55,027 nt of DNA from Sarea resinae (taxonomy: Eukaryota). Position 1 is the first letter of the stretch. Each line of letters begins with the position of its first letter. Under the pieces are notes generated by a model. It had not been told where the DNA came from and did not search any database. It saw only the letters and a program-made list of their open reading frames with translations. Made by a program: the position numbers and the translations under genes. The stretch is taken from positions 124,001 to 179,027 of the forward strand of contig JAPEUD010000053.1 in the NCBI GenBank assembly GCA_026026165.1, in the 5' to 3' direction. This document shows positions 38,007 through 49,237 of the stretch, in pieces.

Positions 38007-38861
38007 ATGACAGATCCGTTCGGTATTGTCCCTGGCGCTTTTAGTATCGCTGCGGCCTTCACTACCTGCGTCGACTGCTTCGAGTACGTTCAACTCGGGC
38101 GGCATCTCGGACGAGACTTCCGGAGATACCAGCTCACGCTCAACTGCGCCCGGCTCCGTCTTTCGCGATGGGGACAGGCCGTCGATATCTACAACGACCC
38201 AAATCTCGGCAATCCAAGGGCAACCCGGACGGAGCTCCAGACCGCGCAGAATACCTTGTTTCAGATCCTCGTTCTGTTCGCAGACTCGGAAGCGATCTCG
38301 AAAAGTGACCAAGTGAACATGATGGCTGCTGAGGATGTTAACATTGATCCCGCTGGAGATATGGACTCCAAGCTCCTCGCAATCAATAGGAAAATGAGAC
38401 TGCTGGCGATGAAACGTCGGAAGGGCAGTAGTCTCTTGCACACCACGAGGTGGGCGCTTTATCACCGCACCCAACTCAAAGATCTCGTCGCAAATATAAT
38501 CCGATTGATTGATCATCTTGAGTATCTTTTCCCAGGAGGAACCTCTGAATCAGAGCTCGTGAGGCAGGAGATTGCACAACTTGCAGAAGGGCAGGACAAA
38601 CAGACGCTCGCGCTTGTTGAGGATGCTTCGCAGGATGTGGACAGCTTGCTTCAGAAAACGATCAGAGACGCCCGCACGGGCCATCAATATTCGAATATCC
38701 AGGTCCGAGGTCAAGCTCATAATGGAGATTCGTTTAGTGATGGATGGGCCGGGAATGCAACAGGAGGATTTCATATATATGACGGCATAGTAGTGGAAAC
38801 AGGTTCGAGGGCTCTGAATGGAAATAAATATAGGGGAAAGGATTTCTGGGATTCGAGTTAG
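38007..38861 (+). CDS. het-S: HET-S-like protein: HeLo pore-forming domain plus two-repeat prion-forming domain, 284 aa
   Basis: MTDPFGIVPGAFSIAAAFTTCVDCFEYVQLGRH..RLRLSRWGQAV closely parallels the Podospora HET-S N-terminus; C-terminal pseudo-repeats end in GNKYRGKDFWD (compare HET-s GNEYGGKGFWD). Intronless. Confidence 0.93.
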   Translation: MTDPFGIVPGAFSIAAAFTTCVDCFEYVQLGRHLGRDFRRYQLTLNCARLRLSRWGQAVDIYNDPNLGNPRATRTELQTAQNTLFQILVLFADSEAISKSDQVNMMAAEDVNIDPAGDMDSKLLAINRKMRLLAMKRRKGSSLLHTTRWALYHRTQLKDLVANIIRLIDHLEYLFPGGTSESELVRQEIAQLAEGQDKQTLALVEDASQDVDSLLQKTIRDARTGHQYSNIQVRGQAHNGDSFSDGWAGNATGGFHIYDGIVVETGSRALNGNKYRGKDFWDSS

Positions 38862-39580
38862 CCATGAGTTGAGGCGATCTGTATGTAGTCTGTAATTTCA
38901 CCGACACGCTCCTCAGGCGGCTTCTTCGTGAAGATTAGCCAGCTCTTGGGGGTTATCAGGGTAGGTTAGAGTGTACAAAGATTCACTCCATTCCATTCCC
39001 ATGAAGCCAACGCGAATCGACAAAGCCACAAGACAACAGTCACGGGAAATTCGATCGCTTGATCGATGGGTACTTGATCAATTGATAGAACAAGGCAGTT
39101 TTTTAATATAGTGACTATACACTAGCGGCGCTAACGAAAGTATCCTGCGCCATGCATACCCCAAATCATGCCCTATTCAACTCCGCTCAACTCCAAGCCA
39201 AAATCCGTGTGGCTAAACCGAGTAGGTTCTTTTCTTCCCTTCCTGTTCTTCGTATCCTCTGCTTTCAAAGAGAGAGGAGCCAGAAAAGGAGAAACGGAAA
39301 AAGCGACCTTTTGAAAGGGAAAAATTACAAGAAAGACACAGGCCCCAAACAAGCCAAAGCCAATCCGGCCTGTTCCTGATACCAATGCAGTAGAGTAATC
39401 AAACAGACTACCAGCCAAACTACCAAAGCTCCGACTTCCCAACCAGTCAATCAGTCGACCAACGTAGAAACCCAACTCCCAGGACCCCATGACGCAAGCC
39501 TACCTACTCCATTCGCTTGGTAATTCATTCGTTAACGATATAGTCGAGAAAAGGCTCCGTATGAATAACATCTCGCCCAC

Positions 39581-39846
39581 CCATCCATCCATCAGAAGGT
39601 TCAACCCGGGGACATTGTGGGCCGGGAAAAGGCCCAACAGTCAACCCGGGGTCCCTCCTGACGAATGGATGGATTCATTCATGTGCGAAAGCGAGAGTAA
39701 TGCCAAGGAGACAAGAAAAGAGCGGGCACAAGCTATCTATCCATCCAACCATCCACCCATCCATCAGGAGGTTCAACCCGGGGACATTGTGGGCCGAGAA
39801 ATGGCCCAACAGTCAAACCCGGGGTACCTCCTGATGGATAGATGGA
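39581..39846 (-). repeat. Two tandem copies (39581-39672, 39752-39846) of a ~93-nt imperfect inverted repeat; candidate structured RNA element
   Basis: Shared core GGTTCAACCCGGGGACATTGTGGGCC..GGCCCAACAGTCAA.CCCGGGG; outer stems of 19 and 21 bp. Confidence 0.85.
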
Positions 39847-39974
39847 CGGCTTCGGAAGATCAAGTATGACTGCGGAAACGACAGACTTGAGAGGCGGACG
39901 CGGAAGCAGACGAAAGGATTGAGAGAATGTGAAGCTGCTCCAATTGTTGTCCCGCGAACCGGCTCGTCGTTCAA

Positions 39975-41656
39975 CTAAAAAGTGCATTCGTCAAACTCTT
40001 CTTGCCCAGCCCACGGCAGCTCCTCGGTGCCTTCGGGCTCGCCGGTGTTCTCGGCCTCTTCGGAGCTTTCGGTGCGTTCGTGCTCCTCATGCTCCTCATC
40101 GCGGCCGGTCCACGGCCATCCCACATACTCGTCATCCTCGTCCTGCAGTTCCTCCGTCGGCTCTTCCGGATTGTCAGGACCGGAAGTGTCGACACATTCA
40201 TCGGCCTGCTTCTGACTCTCCAGGACGTCGTACAGAGAGTAAATCTGGTCCGACTTGGCGTCCATAGCGACCAGGAGCGACCTTATTTTGTGGTGAAGAG
40301 CCTTACGAGCGCGTTTGCCCATAGATGCATCGCTTTTGGCAAACTCCTCCTGGTATTGGCAGTTTTGCTCCTTGAGATGCGCGAGTTCATCTTCAAGACC
40401 TTGGATGACAAAAGCCAGCGCCACCGCCGGCGGTTCCGAAGGGCGGATTGTCGGCCCATCCTCATAGTCCTGCCAGCGGACCGCCTTTTTGGCTCTCTTG
40501 GCCTCTAGTTTCTCCCGCAGGAGTTGGCCATCGTTCGACTGTAAGGGACCGTCAGCGTCATAATGTCACCATATTGAAGCTGACTTACACTGACCTTGCT
40601 GAGCAAGGTTTCGTCCGCGCGCCCAGCGAGTCGCGCCTCTAGATGAGAAATTCGCTCATCTCGCCCAGCAAATTGCGCTTCGAGACCAGCTATCTGCTCA
40701 TCCCGCTTCACAATGTCTGCATCTCGCTGAGAGAGTCTTTTATCGAGACGAGCTATCTGCGCATCGCGCTTCGCAATGTTCGCATCTCGCTGAGCGAGCT
40801 CTTCATCGAGACGGGCTAGATGCTCTGCTTGTCGGGAAAGCTCATCGTCCCTTCTCGCAATCTCATTCTTCAATTTGAGTTCTTTGTTTTGCGAATGTGT
40901 CTCCAGTGAACCAAGTCTCTCTTGTAGCACCTTCAAGAAAACGTAAATATCCTCCTCATCCGTTGGGACACCCACATCTCCCATGTTGGCATGCTGAAGT
41001 GTGGTTTTATTGACGCGTTGTGCCGTGGCCTCGTCTACCGAGAGTCCAGTCATGTCCGGAATAGCAAAGGAATCCTCTTTGCGAGGAATCCCCCGACCAA
41101 AACGAGAATTTCTGACCGTAAAATTCGTCTTAGTCTTGGTATTAGGGCCATTCTCATAGATTGGAATTTCCGACTTTCGGTTACCATTGCGTGTGCGTGG
41201 GTTTGAGATCCTATAGTTGTCATCGATTGGAGGGGTTGCGGCTCCAAAATTCGTATCAAATCGCGACCCGGAAGGATGACCTCTGCCAATCTCGATCGAG
41301 CTCTCTTCATTGCCATTCCCATTGCCAGTGCCATTGCCAAGAGACATCCAATCGCCCTGACTGAAATCGGCAAACTCGGTCGCCAGCGCGGAGGTATTGA
41401 CTGGGTCCTTGGCCTCAGGTTTGAAGTAAGATTTGTACTTCTTAGCACTGTCGCGCAATGGTGGTAGGTCATTGGTCGCATTCTCCAGAGGCTGGGTGGA
41501 GAACGCATCGACGTGGAAAGACGAACTTGAGGTCGAATTGTTTGACCCTGCATTGGACCCTTTAGATGAAGAACCTGACCGTCGAGTCTGGTTCAGATCT
41601 CGGGCCATTTCGCGAATGAGTCTCGCGCGATGTCGGGAGTCCATGGATGTCGTCAT
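39975..41656 (-). CDS. Ppc89/Cep57-like spindle pole body coiled-coil protein
   Basis: ATG 41656; intron 40594 (or 40588) to 40539. PTDEEDIYVFLKVLQERL and PTIRPSEPPAVALAFVIQGLEDELAHLK..KSDQIYSLYDVLE resemble Ppc89/Cep57 coiled-coil and microtubule-binding domains. Confidence 0.8.
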
Positions 41657-42547
41657 CCTCTCAGGATGCTGGAGACCTGCTGGGCGGGCACCCAATTGTC
41701 AATCAACGACCTTTGGCGGCCAGAAGAATCGCATACCTCTCGAGATCTCAATTCTGCAGCTAGCAAAGTGATACTGGTGAAGAGGATGTGAGCGGTGGGA
41801 AGTCGGTGAGAGCGAGGATGGGTTGGTTAGAGCGATGGCGGCGGCGGGGGAGGTGAAGATGGCGAAGATGGCGAAGATGGCGAAGATGGGAGAGGATGGA
41901 CACGGCCCTGTTGTTGTGATCCCTCGAGCAGACTGCTAGTGTGATTGAGGTTGTGAGTGAGTGAGACGCGACTTGGGTCGAGGTTTGTTTACCTTTGGCG
42001 GTACATCTACCCGCTTGCTAAATGTACGAGGCTTGAGGTACCTCCTCCTCGATGCACACTACGCCCAAAATGGCAAAGAAATCTATACCACTTGTGGTAG
42101 TCTATTGATCCTAGGGAAGCTGCCCCACCTGCCTACGAGAACGATCGCTTCTACTATCGTTGTCTACAGCGCACGACGCCGTACTTCAGGTCATGCTTCA
42201 TATTGACGACGAAAGCGAGATGTAGCATGACTTGTGCATTATTGAACAGCAATCTAACTGGAAGGGAAGGTATGGATAAGTAGTGTTAGGACCTAAGCGC
42301 ACCTTCGCACGCGCCTTCCAGAAGTAAGCAGCAAACTCCTCTTCCCACCAGGCTCCCTCAGTTAATGCCACCTTAAGAACCGATTCGTCGAGGATATCAT
42401 CGTAAGCCGAAAGAAGAAGCCTAATCTCATACCAGCGCCGTCCATCCATTGTCCTGTGTGCCTTCCATGCATCAGACCTTTGATATGCCTTATCCTCCGA
42501 TGCCTTCGTGCCTTATGTTACACTAAGAAGAAAACCAGTCGCAAACT

Positions 42548-45247
42548 TCAGAGACTTTCCCCATCCCCCGTGCCATTTTCAACGCCAGACATTTCCAATC
42601 CCATAAAGAAGTCTCCCAAGCGCCCAGCTGCCTCGTCGGCGACTTTTCGCGCTTTGAGGTCTGCGAGCCTCGACTGCTCCGCCTGCTTCCGAGCCAGAAA
42701 CCTTTCAGCCGTCTCGAGGATTTTCCGGCAGACCCCTCGCCCGAGTCTAAAAAAGCATGTCGGGCAATGATAGTTTTCTCGGCAATATGAGCAGTCACAT
42801 GGTGGTGCAGCTTTCAGACAGTCCTGTACATCTGTTGTCAGTAATCTAGGTAGCAGGCACCCAAAAGAGAAAAGACGAACCAGGCACACCAAAATCCCGC
42901 AGCCTTCGCATTCCTTCATTTCCGCAACACATCGAGGGCGGCTGTCGCCAGGCGGCCGATACTGCAGGCAGAAGTATGATCCGCAGCCTTTCCACCTTCT
43001 GGAAGCATCTGCTCTACGGCGCAGTTGGGTTGTAGGTCCTAGAGAAGACACTTGAGACAGTCTCTTCGAGGCGGAATTTGAGCTAGCAGATGCGTCTGTT
43101 GTGTCTTCCATCGAAGATGGATGGGCCGAGTCGATGAGGTCGGTATCATCGCTTTCAGGAAGCCTCATCAGACTGGCTAGCTCTAGCGTACTGTTGGAAT
43201 CATTGAGAGCCCAGAGAAAGTCGCGTAGTAGCTCAAGCACCCTTTCCTCTCCTTTCCTAAGCACTTCCTCTAGATTTGACGTTTCCTCTCCCGTTCGTGA
43301 TGGCAGCCGCGTTGGGTTGCGCAGGAGATTTCTCTCGACGTTCAGGTCCCTCAAGCCACATACCCTCATCTTGAGTCCTCGCAAGTCGTGTTCTTTGCAT
43401 AGAGCAGCGTTGCACCCTTTACACTCTATCTTCCATTCTTTGGATGCGATGCACTCCTGACACAAGCTTCTTGGAGATGTTCTCTGCTGGAGGTCAATGC
43501 TCTGCTGCCCGAGAAAGTGGGATATATCTAGCTGTGATGATCGTTGAGCTGTAGATTGTGAATCCGAACCACAGGATAGGGCACTTTCCCTAAAGTCTTC
43601 GTCCTCCCATCCGTTTCTCCGCGGCAACGGCACGGTGCGTATCCTCTCAGCCCCTTGGCCGCCGATGCCTGGACCGACGAATGCGATTCCCCCTCCACCA
43701 GAGAACATTGGTTCCAAGCAACACCACTTCAATTTGAGATTTGGTGGCCGTGAACGATGGAGGTTTGGAAAGGTAGTATTTGCCGCATCAGCTGCAAGAT
43801 GGCCTTCATCGTCTGAGACCTCAGCTAAGAGGTTCGGCGAACGAGTGGCTCCTGGGGCCCACCAAAACCGGTCCTTTCGCCGACGCACGGGCTGCATAGA
43901 CGCTGATGGCACCCCATTCGTCGAACTTGATGCTGTCGCTGCATTTGGCGTAGGGTGAAACTTCTTTCTCCTCTTGGGAAGGGGTCTATCAAATGCGCAA
44001 CTCGCGCAGAAGGTTTTTCGACATCCCATACAGTGCATCCGAACACTGCACTGCTCGCACCTTTCTGGGATTCTGACTCCGCAGACATCGCACTTGATAT
44101 TCTCAACGAAGGTCAGATGGCTTCTGCGGAGATGAGTTGGCACTTCCTTGCCCTCCCCTTGATACATGCCTTCTCCTGTCCCAAGTGCTTCTCCCTCATA
44201 GCCAATTTCGTCCTGTTCCCACAGTCGTCCATCCTTCAAATCTGCCGTAGGCGACACAGTGGAAGACGGACCGATCGTGTTGGCCGATCGCCACAATCTG
44301 TCGAAGACTACCCACACTTCTGGAGCCGCTCCAATCGCCCTGCCGACAAAGTAGTCCTTCCTGCGTTGACAACGGCCACCGGGAGTTGGGCACCAAGCGG
44401 TGTCCGTCCATATTCCAAGCCCGTGACAGATACTCACAAAGTCATGCGTCGGTTCCGAGTCGGAGTCTCTTCGCACGAGGGATGCGGGCAGATAAGGGCG
44501 CCTCCTATGATGCCGACATCTGTAGGCATATAAACTTTTCAACCTGAGATTGCCGGTCTGACCCATCGGGGTGGATGCGCGATTGAGCCGAGCGACATTC
44601 ACATGCTGCATGAGGAATGGATTGATATGATATTTGAGCGAAACGTTCTTGCAGCCACGAACAGAGAGATGTTCCAAGGTCTCTTCGCGCTGTGGGAGGA
44701 TCACCGATGTGAGCGTGTAGCCAGATACCGCGGTGTTGTCCAAGTCGAGGCTCTTCAGTCTGGTCGCGATGGGGACGACCACGGTCTGCAATAGCATGTC
44801 AAAGGTGTAGAGCTTCCATCGCTGTGGTTTCTTCGTCGGCGTATGGTCACTGGGTGAGTTTTGCCCGTGTGGAACTGCGGCGGGCGGCGGCAGCGGCAGG
44901 AGCAGATGTTGCTGCACTTGCTGTCCCGGCAGCTGCGCATTTCGAAATGAGAGATATCGCCATGCTGTGGGGCAGGACTGCAAGAACGACCGGAGAAAGC
45001 GGGAGCTGTGATGCAATTGGATGATGGCGGAGGTCGGAAGCTGAAGAAGAAGGGATTCGAGAATGGGAGAATGGGTTGCAATCAGCCTCTCAAAGGGCGA
45101 CAGAGGAGAGTCGCCGCCTAACTCATCGATGGCCGTGTGCCAGTCCTCGATGCTGCCGTCATCATCATCATCGTCGACCAGAGATTGATCGCTGAAAGTC
45201 CAGGACCAGTCTGAGGATGAGCTGTTTGATTGAAGGATGGCGGCCAT
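42548..45247 (-). CDS. Cys-rich fungal protein with F-box/LRR-like N-terminal part and several putative zinc-binding motifs
   Basis: 899-codon ORF; PILESLLLQLPT (F-box-like), LKSLDLDNT and LEHLSVRGC (LRR-like), many CxxC pairs; probable in-frame 57-nt intron 42880-42824. Confidence 0.75.
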   Translation of the reverse strand: MAAILQSNSSSSDWSWTFSDQSLVDDDDDDGSIEDWHTAIDELGGDSPLSPFERLIATHSPILESLLLQLPTSAIIQLHHSSRFLRSFLQSCPTAWRYLSFRNAQLPGQQVQQHLLLPLPPPAAVPHGQNSPSDHTPTKKPQRWKLYTFDMLLQTVVVPIATRLKSLDLDNTAVSGYTLTSVILPQREETLEHLSVRGCKNVSLKYHINPFLMQHVNVARLNRASTPMGQTGNLRLKSLYAYRCRHHRRRPYLPASLVRRDSDSEPTHDFVSICHGLGIWTDTAWCPTPGGRCQRRKDYFVGRAIGAAPEVWVVFDRLWRSANTIGPSSTVSPTADLKDGRLWEQDEIGYEGEALGTGEGMYQGEGKEVPTHLRRSHLTFVENIKCDVCGVRIPERCEQCSVRMHCMGCRKTFCASCAFDRPLPKRRKKFHPTPNAATASSSTNGVPSASMQPVRRRKDRFWWAPGATRSPNLLAEVSDDEGHLAADAANTTFPNLHRSRPPNLKLKWCCLEPMFSGGGGIAFVGPGIGGQGAERIRTVPLPRRNGWEDEDFRESALSCGSDSQSTAQRSSQLDISHFLGQQSIDLQQRTSPRSLCQECIASKEWKIECKGCNAALCKEHDLRGLKMRVCGLRDLNVERNLLRNPTRLPSRTGEETSNLEEVLRKGEERVLELLRDFLWALNDSNSTLELASLMRLPESDDTDLIDSAHPSSMEDTTDASASSNSASKRLSQVSSLGPTTQLRRRADASRRWKGCGSYFCLQYRPPGDSRPRCVAEMKECEGCGILVCLVRLFSFGCLLPRLLTTDVQDCLKAAPPCDCSYCRENYHCPTCFFRLGRGVCRKILETAERFLARKQAEQSRLADLKARKVADEAAGRLGDFFMGLEMSGVENGTGDGESL

Positions 45248-47029
45248 GGCAGACGATGGATGCTACTTCATCTGCTCAACGGATGGAGTGAACATGGCCG
45301 TGAAGGTGTGGACAGCCGATTCCTGGGCGAGTGGTCGCGTGTGTCATGCGAAGGGTAGGTTGGTGGGATGTTGAATAGACATGGACGGGAAAGAGGGAGG
45401 GCCGAGTGAGGGTTTGAGATGGCACGAATCCCATGTGTTCTCAATCGGCGGCTCCGAGAGGACGTGGATTGCTGGACGTGGAGTGCCTGAGGTCGCCAAG
45501 GCAAGGTCGGTCAGGTACTGAAGCTCGCATAAAGCTCGAGGTGTCTCTCGAGGTATCGATAGCCTGATGCTGGCCGAGGGATCTCATTCGCGCGTCCACC
45601 TGGCACCGACTGACTCATTTGGCGTGGCCATCCATGGCCGAGATACGAAACAGGAACGAGGTGCTCGCAGCTCAGCGAGGATGAAGACCGAATCATACGG
45701 AGTTCGACCAGCTTTCGTGATGGACGTGAAGCCTGGTAGTCCGGGAGGTGTATGAAGCATCGAGTACGTTACTCACCTACCTTACCTACCTTACCTACTT
45801 ACTCTACACACTGAGCACGGCAGAGAGGCACTTGAGTCGGGTCTATGCAGCTCAGCCTTGACGACCATGACTTGGTACCCCATTCATGCTACGTCGATCA
45901 GTGAGTGGTCTCTCAAGAGCGCACGATCAACGGCGCCAAATCTTCGAACAGTTAGAGAGGCCGAGCAAAGAGTAGAGGGAGGTACTCGGAGTACATGCTG
46001 TGTACGAGTATCTGCCTACGAGATACAAGATACAAGGTACAAGGCCCTCTGCTTCCGTTCCATTGTGAGCTGACCAAGCCACTGCCGCTCCTTCAACTAA
46101 GTGAAAGGTGGCCGTGGTGGCCGTGGTGGCTCGACGATGGCTCACCTCGGCCACGTGATGGACGGGACGGGAGCAGCCCTGGAGAGCTGGAGATGAGATA
46201 GAGCATCAATAGGGAGCTTCCATGCTCCACTGGGCATGCTCCATGCTCCATGCTCCATCTATGAAGTATTGCCGGACCGTGAATCACGTGCCGAGAGGGA
46301 TGCAGTGCAATGCATCCATCCATCGCAGCAGTACTAGAAGTACTCTGAGTACAGCGTACAGTGCAGTGCCGTGACGCACAAAAGGGGTACGAAGATACGA
46401 AGATACCTCTACTCGATGGATCCATTCCGAAAGATGCCCGTCCGACTGCTGCCGCAGGAGGAAAGAGCAGCATCGATGCATCGGATTCTCATCTGATTCT
46501 CCCACCGTGATCCCTCTCATTTGCCGATGCCCATGTGCAGTCGTATGTGAGACTCCACTCGTGCTGCTCCGGAAGGGCCAAGTGCGCGGAGCCATCCAAT
46601 CCATTCGTACCAAGACCTGGGGCCCCTCCAAACTCCCCCCTCTCCCTCCTCTCTCTCCGCAAGAACGTGGGGCAGGCCGGACAGCCCCAGCCCCAGCTCG
46701 ACCTCGGCTCTCGGTCAGTCGTGGTCGCCCATCGCCCATGGCCCATGGCCCATCGAGCTACCACGACCCAAGTACCCCGTCGCCTGTGTCGGACCCATGG
46801 GACGACCTACGTAATCGGTAGCTCGAGGGATGGCATTATTGATGGCAAGCCATCCGTCCATCCCCAGAGAGCACCGCGACGCTTAAAACCTTCCAGCTCC
46901 CGTGTCTATCGGACATATCCTCACCGTCCTGACCTCCAAGTCAATTGACATCACTCCCACTCCATGCCTTGACTTCTCTTGACCCTTACGTCTTTTAATT
47001 GTTTGACTCCCTTTACCCCCGTAGGAGGC

Positions 47030-49237
47030 ATGTTTCGCGCGCTGGCCAGAAACCGTTTTCCATCTTCCGTCTTCAAAGCCTCTCTCAGCTCGACGCGCAC
47101 CACCCCCAGCCAGGTACGAGATGCTGATCCCACGCCGTTGGACCGAGAGCTGGACTGATCATGATGACAGATAGTCAGAATGGCACCCGCAAGCAAGCGG
47201 AGCAACAGCTCCTCGGCGCTTCCTGCAGGTTCGTGGTCCCGTGAAGCCCCGCTGGTCCGGAATGTACTCTGGCAGCAGCAGCCCTGATGCTGAGATTGAC
47301 CGTCTTCCAGGCTACCGAGAAGACAAGTCGAAACCGCCCATGCTTCGGTTCGAAGAGTCTCTTCCGAAGCTGCCCGTGCCCGACCTACAAGAAACGGCCG
47401 ATCGCTACCTCAAATCCGTCCACCCTCTCCTGAGCCCGTCCGAATACGAAAACACCAAGAAGGCAGTCGAGGACTTTGTCAAGCCGGGTGGCCTCGGGCA
47501 GACGCTACAGAAGAGATTGCTGGCGAGACGGGACGACCCCAAGATCACGAACTGGATTTACGAATGGTGGAATCATGCAGCGTACCTGGCCTATCGTGAT
47601 CCGGTGGTTCCCTACGTCAGCTACTTTTACTCATACCGAGACGACCGACGCCGTCGGAACCCCGCCAAACGAGCAGCGGCCATCACGACGGCGGCGCTCG
47701 AGTTCAAACGACAGGTCGACGATGGCACACTGGAGCCAGACTACATGAGGAAGCTGCCGATCGCCATGTCAAGCTTGGTGTACATGTTCAATACTTCTCG
47801 TGTCCCAGCGAGACCGGCCGATCATGCTGTCAAATACGACTTCAAGGACCACCGGTACATCGTCGTGATCCGGAAGAATCAGTTCTTCAAGGTGCCCACG
47901 GAGGTCGACGGGAAGCAATTGAACACTTCGGAGCTGGAGCAGCAATTCCGGGCCATCTACGAAAAGGCCGAGAAGAGCCCGGCAGTGGGTGCCCTGACGT
48001 CTGAGAACCGCGATGTGTGGACCGACGTAAGTCCTAAATATTTGGCTTCCTTTGTCCTTAAGCTGACGGTGTCCAGGCTCGCCAAATCCTACTTGATGCG
48101 AACACGGCCAACAAGGCGACCCTTGAGACGATTGAAGCTGCGTCTTTCATCGTCTGCCTCGACGATGCGAAACCCGTGACTCTCGAAGAGCGATCGCACC
48201 AGTACTGGCACGGAGACGGATCCAACCGCTGGTACGACAAGCCCCTTCAATTCATCATCAACGACAATGGCACTGCCGGCTTCCTCGGTGAACACTCAAT
48301 GATGGATGGAATGCCCACGCACCGTCTGAACGACTATGTCAACATGCTCATCTTCGGCAACAAGCTCGACTTTGAGAACCCGTCGATCCGCTCCAACGTC
48401 CCCGAGCCCCGCCCCATCAAATTTCACATCACCAAGGAGGTTCAAGAAGAAATCTCTCGCGCACAGAAGGACTTTGAAAACGTCATCGGCCAGCACGAAC
48501 TCCGCGTGCAGGCGTACCAAGGCTACGGAAAGGGTTTAATCAAGAAATTCAAGTGCTCACCCGACGCGTACGTCCAGATGGTCATCCAACTGGCGTACCA
48601 CAAGATGTACGGCAAGAACCGCCCCACGTACGAATCGGCCGCCACTCGGCGCTTCCAACAAGGCCGCACCGAGACCTGCCGAACGGTATCGGACGAGAGC
48701 GTGGCCTTTTGCAACGCCATGGCCGACCACTCGACGCCGCCCGAGAAGTGCGAAGAGCTCTTCCGCAAGGCGCTCAAGACGCACGTGCAATACATCAGCG
48801 ACGCCTCGGACGGACGGGGAGTCGACCGCCACCTCTTTGGTCTCAAGATGCTGCTGCAGGACGGCGAGGAGCTCCCGGCTCTCTACAAGGACCCGGCGTA
48901 TTCGTACAGCAGCAGTTGGTATATCAGCAGCAGCCAGCTGAGCTCCGAATACTTTAACGGCTACGGCTGGAGTCAGGTCATCGATGATGGCTGGGGTATC
49001 GCGTACATGATTAACGAGAACAGGTGAGTTTTTTCTTCCTTTGGCTCCGATACGAGGGCCCTGGGGATGCGAGAACCGGTTTTGCTAATCTCCATCGCCC
49101 TCCCCTCTAGCATCCAATTCAACGTCGTCAGCAAAGGCCTCGGAAGCGAGCGAATGAGCTTCTACCTCAACGAGGCCGCCGGCGATATCAGGGATCTCCT
49201 CTTGCCGTCCCTCGAGGCGCCCAAGGCGAAGCTGTAG
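47030..49237 (+). CDS. CAT2: Carnitine O-acetyltransferase, mitochondrial/peroxisomal (Cat2/AcuJ type)
   Basis: Introns 47114-47170, 47229-47310, 48027-48076, 49024-49110. Motifs LPKLPVPDL, NRWYDKPLQ, GEHSMMDG, TYESAATRRFQQGRTE, GRGVDRHLFGL; C-terminal PTS1 AKL. Confidence 0.96.

Noticed and set aside
39581..39846. H/ACA snoRNA, SECIS or CRISPR interpretation of the twin hairpins
   Set aside because: No properly placed H box or ACA tail on the favoured strand, no selenoprotein context, only two units, and a eukaryotic locus.
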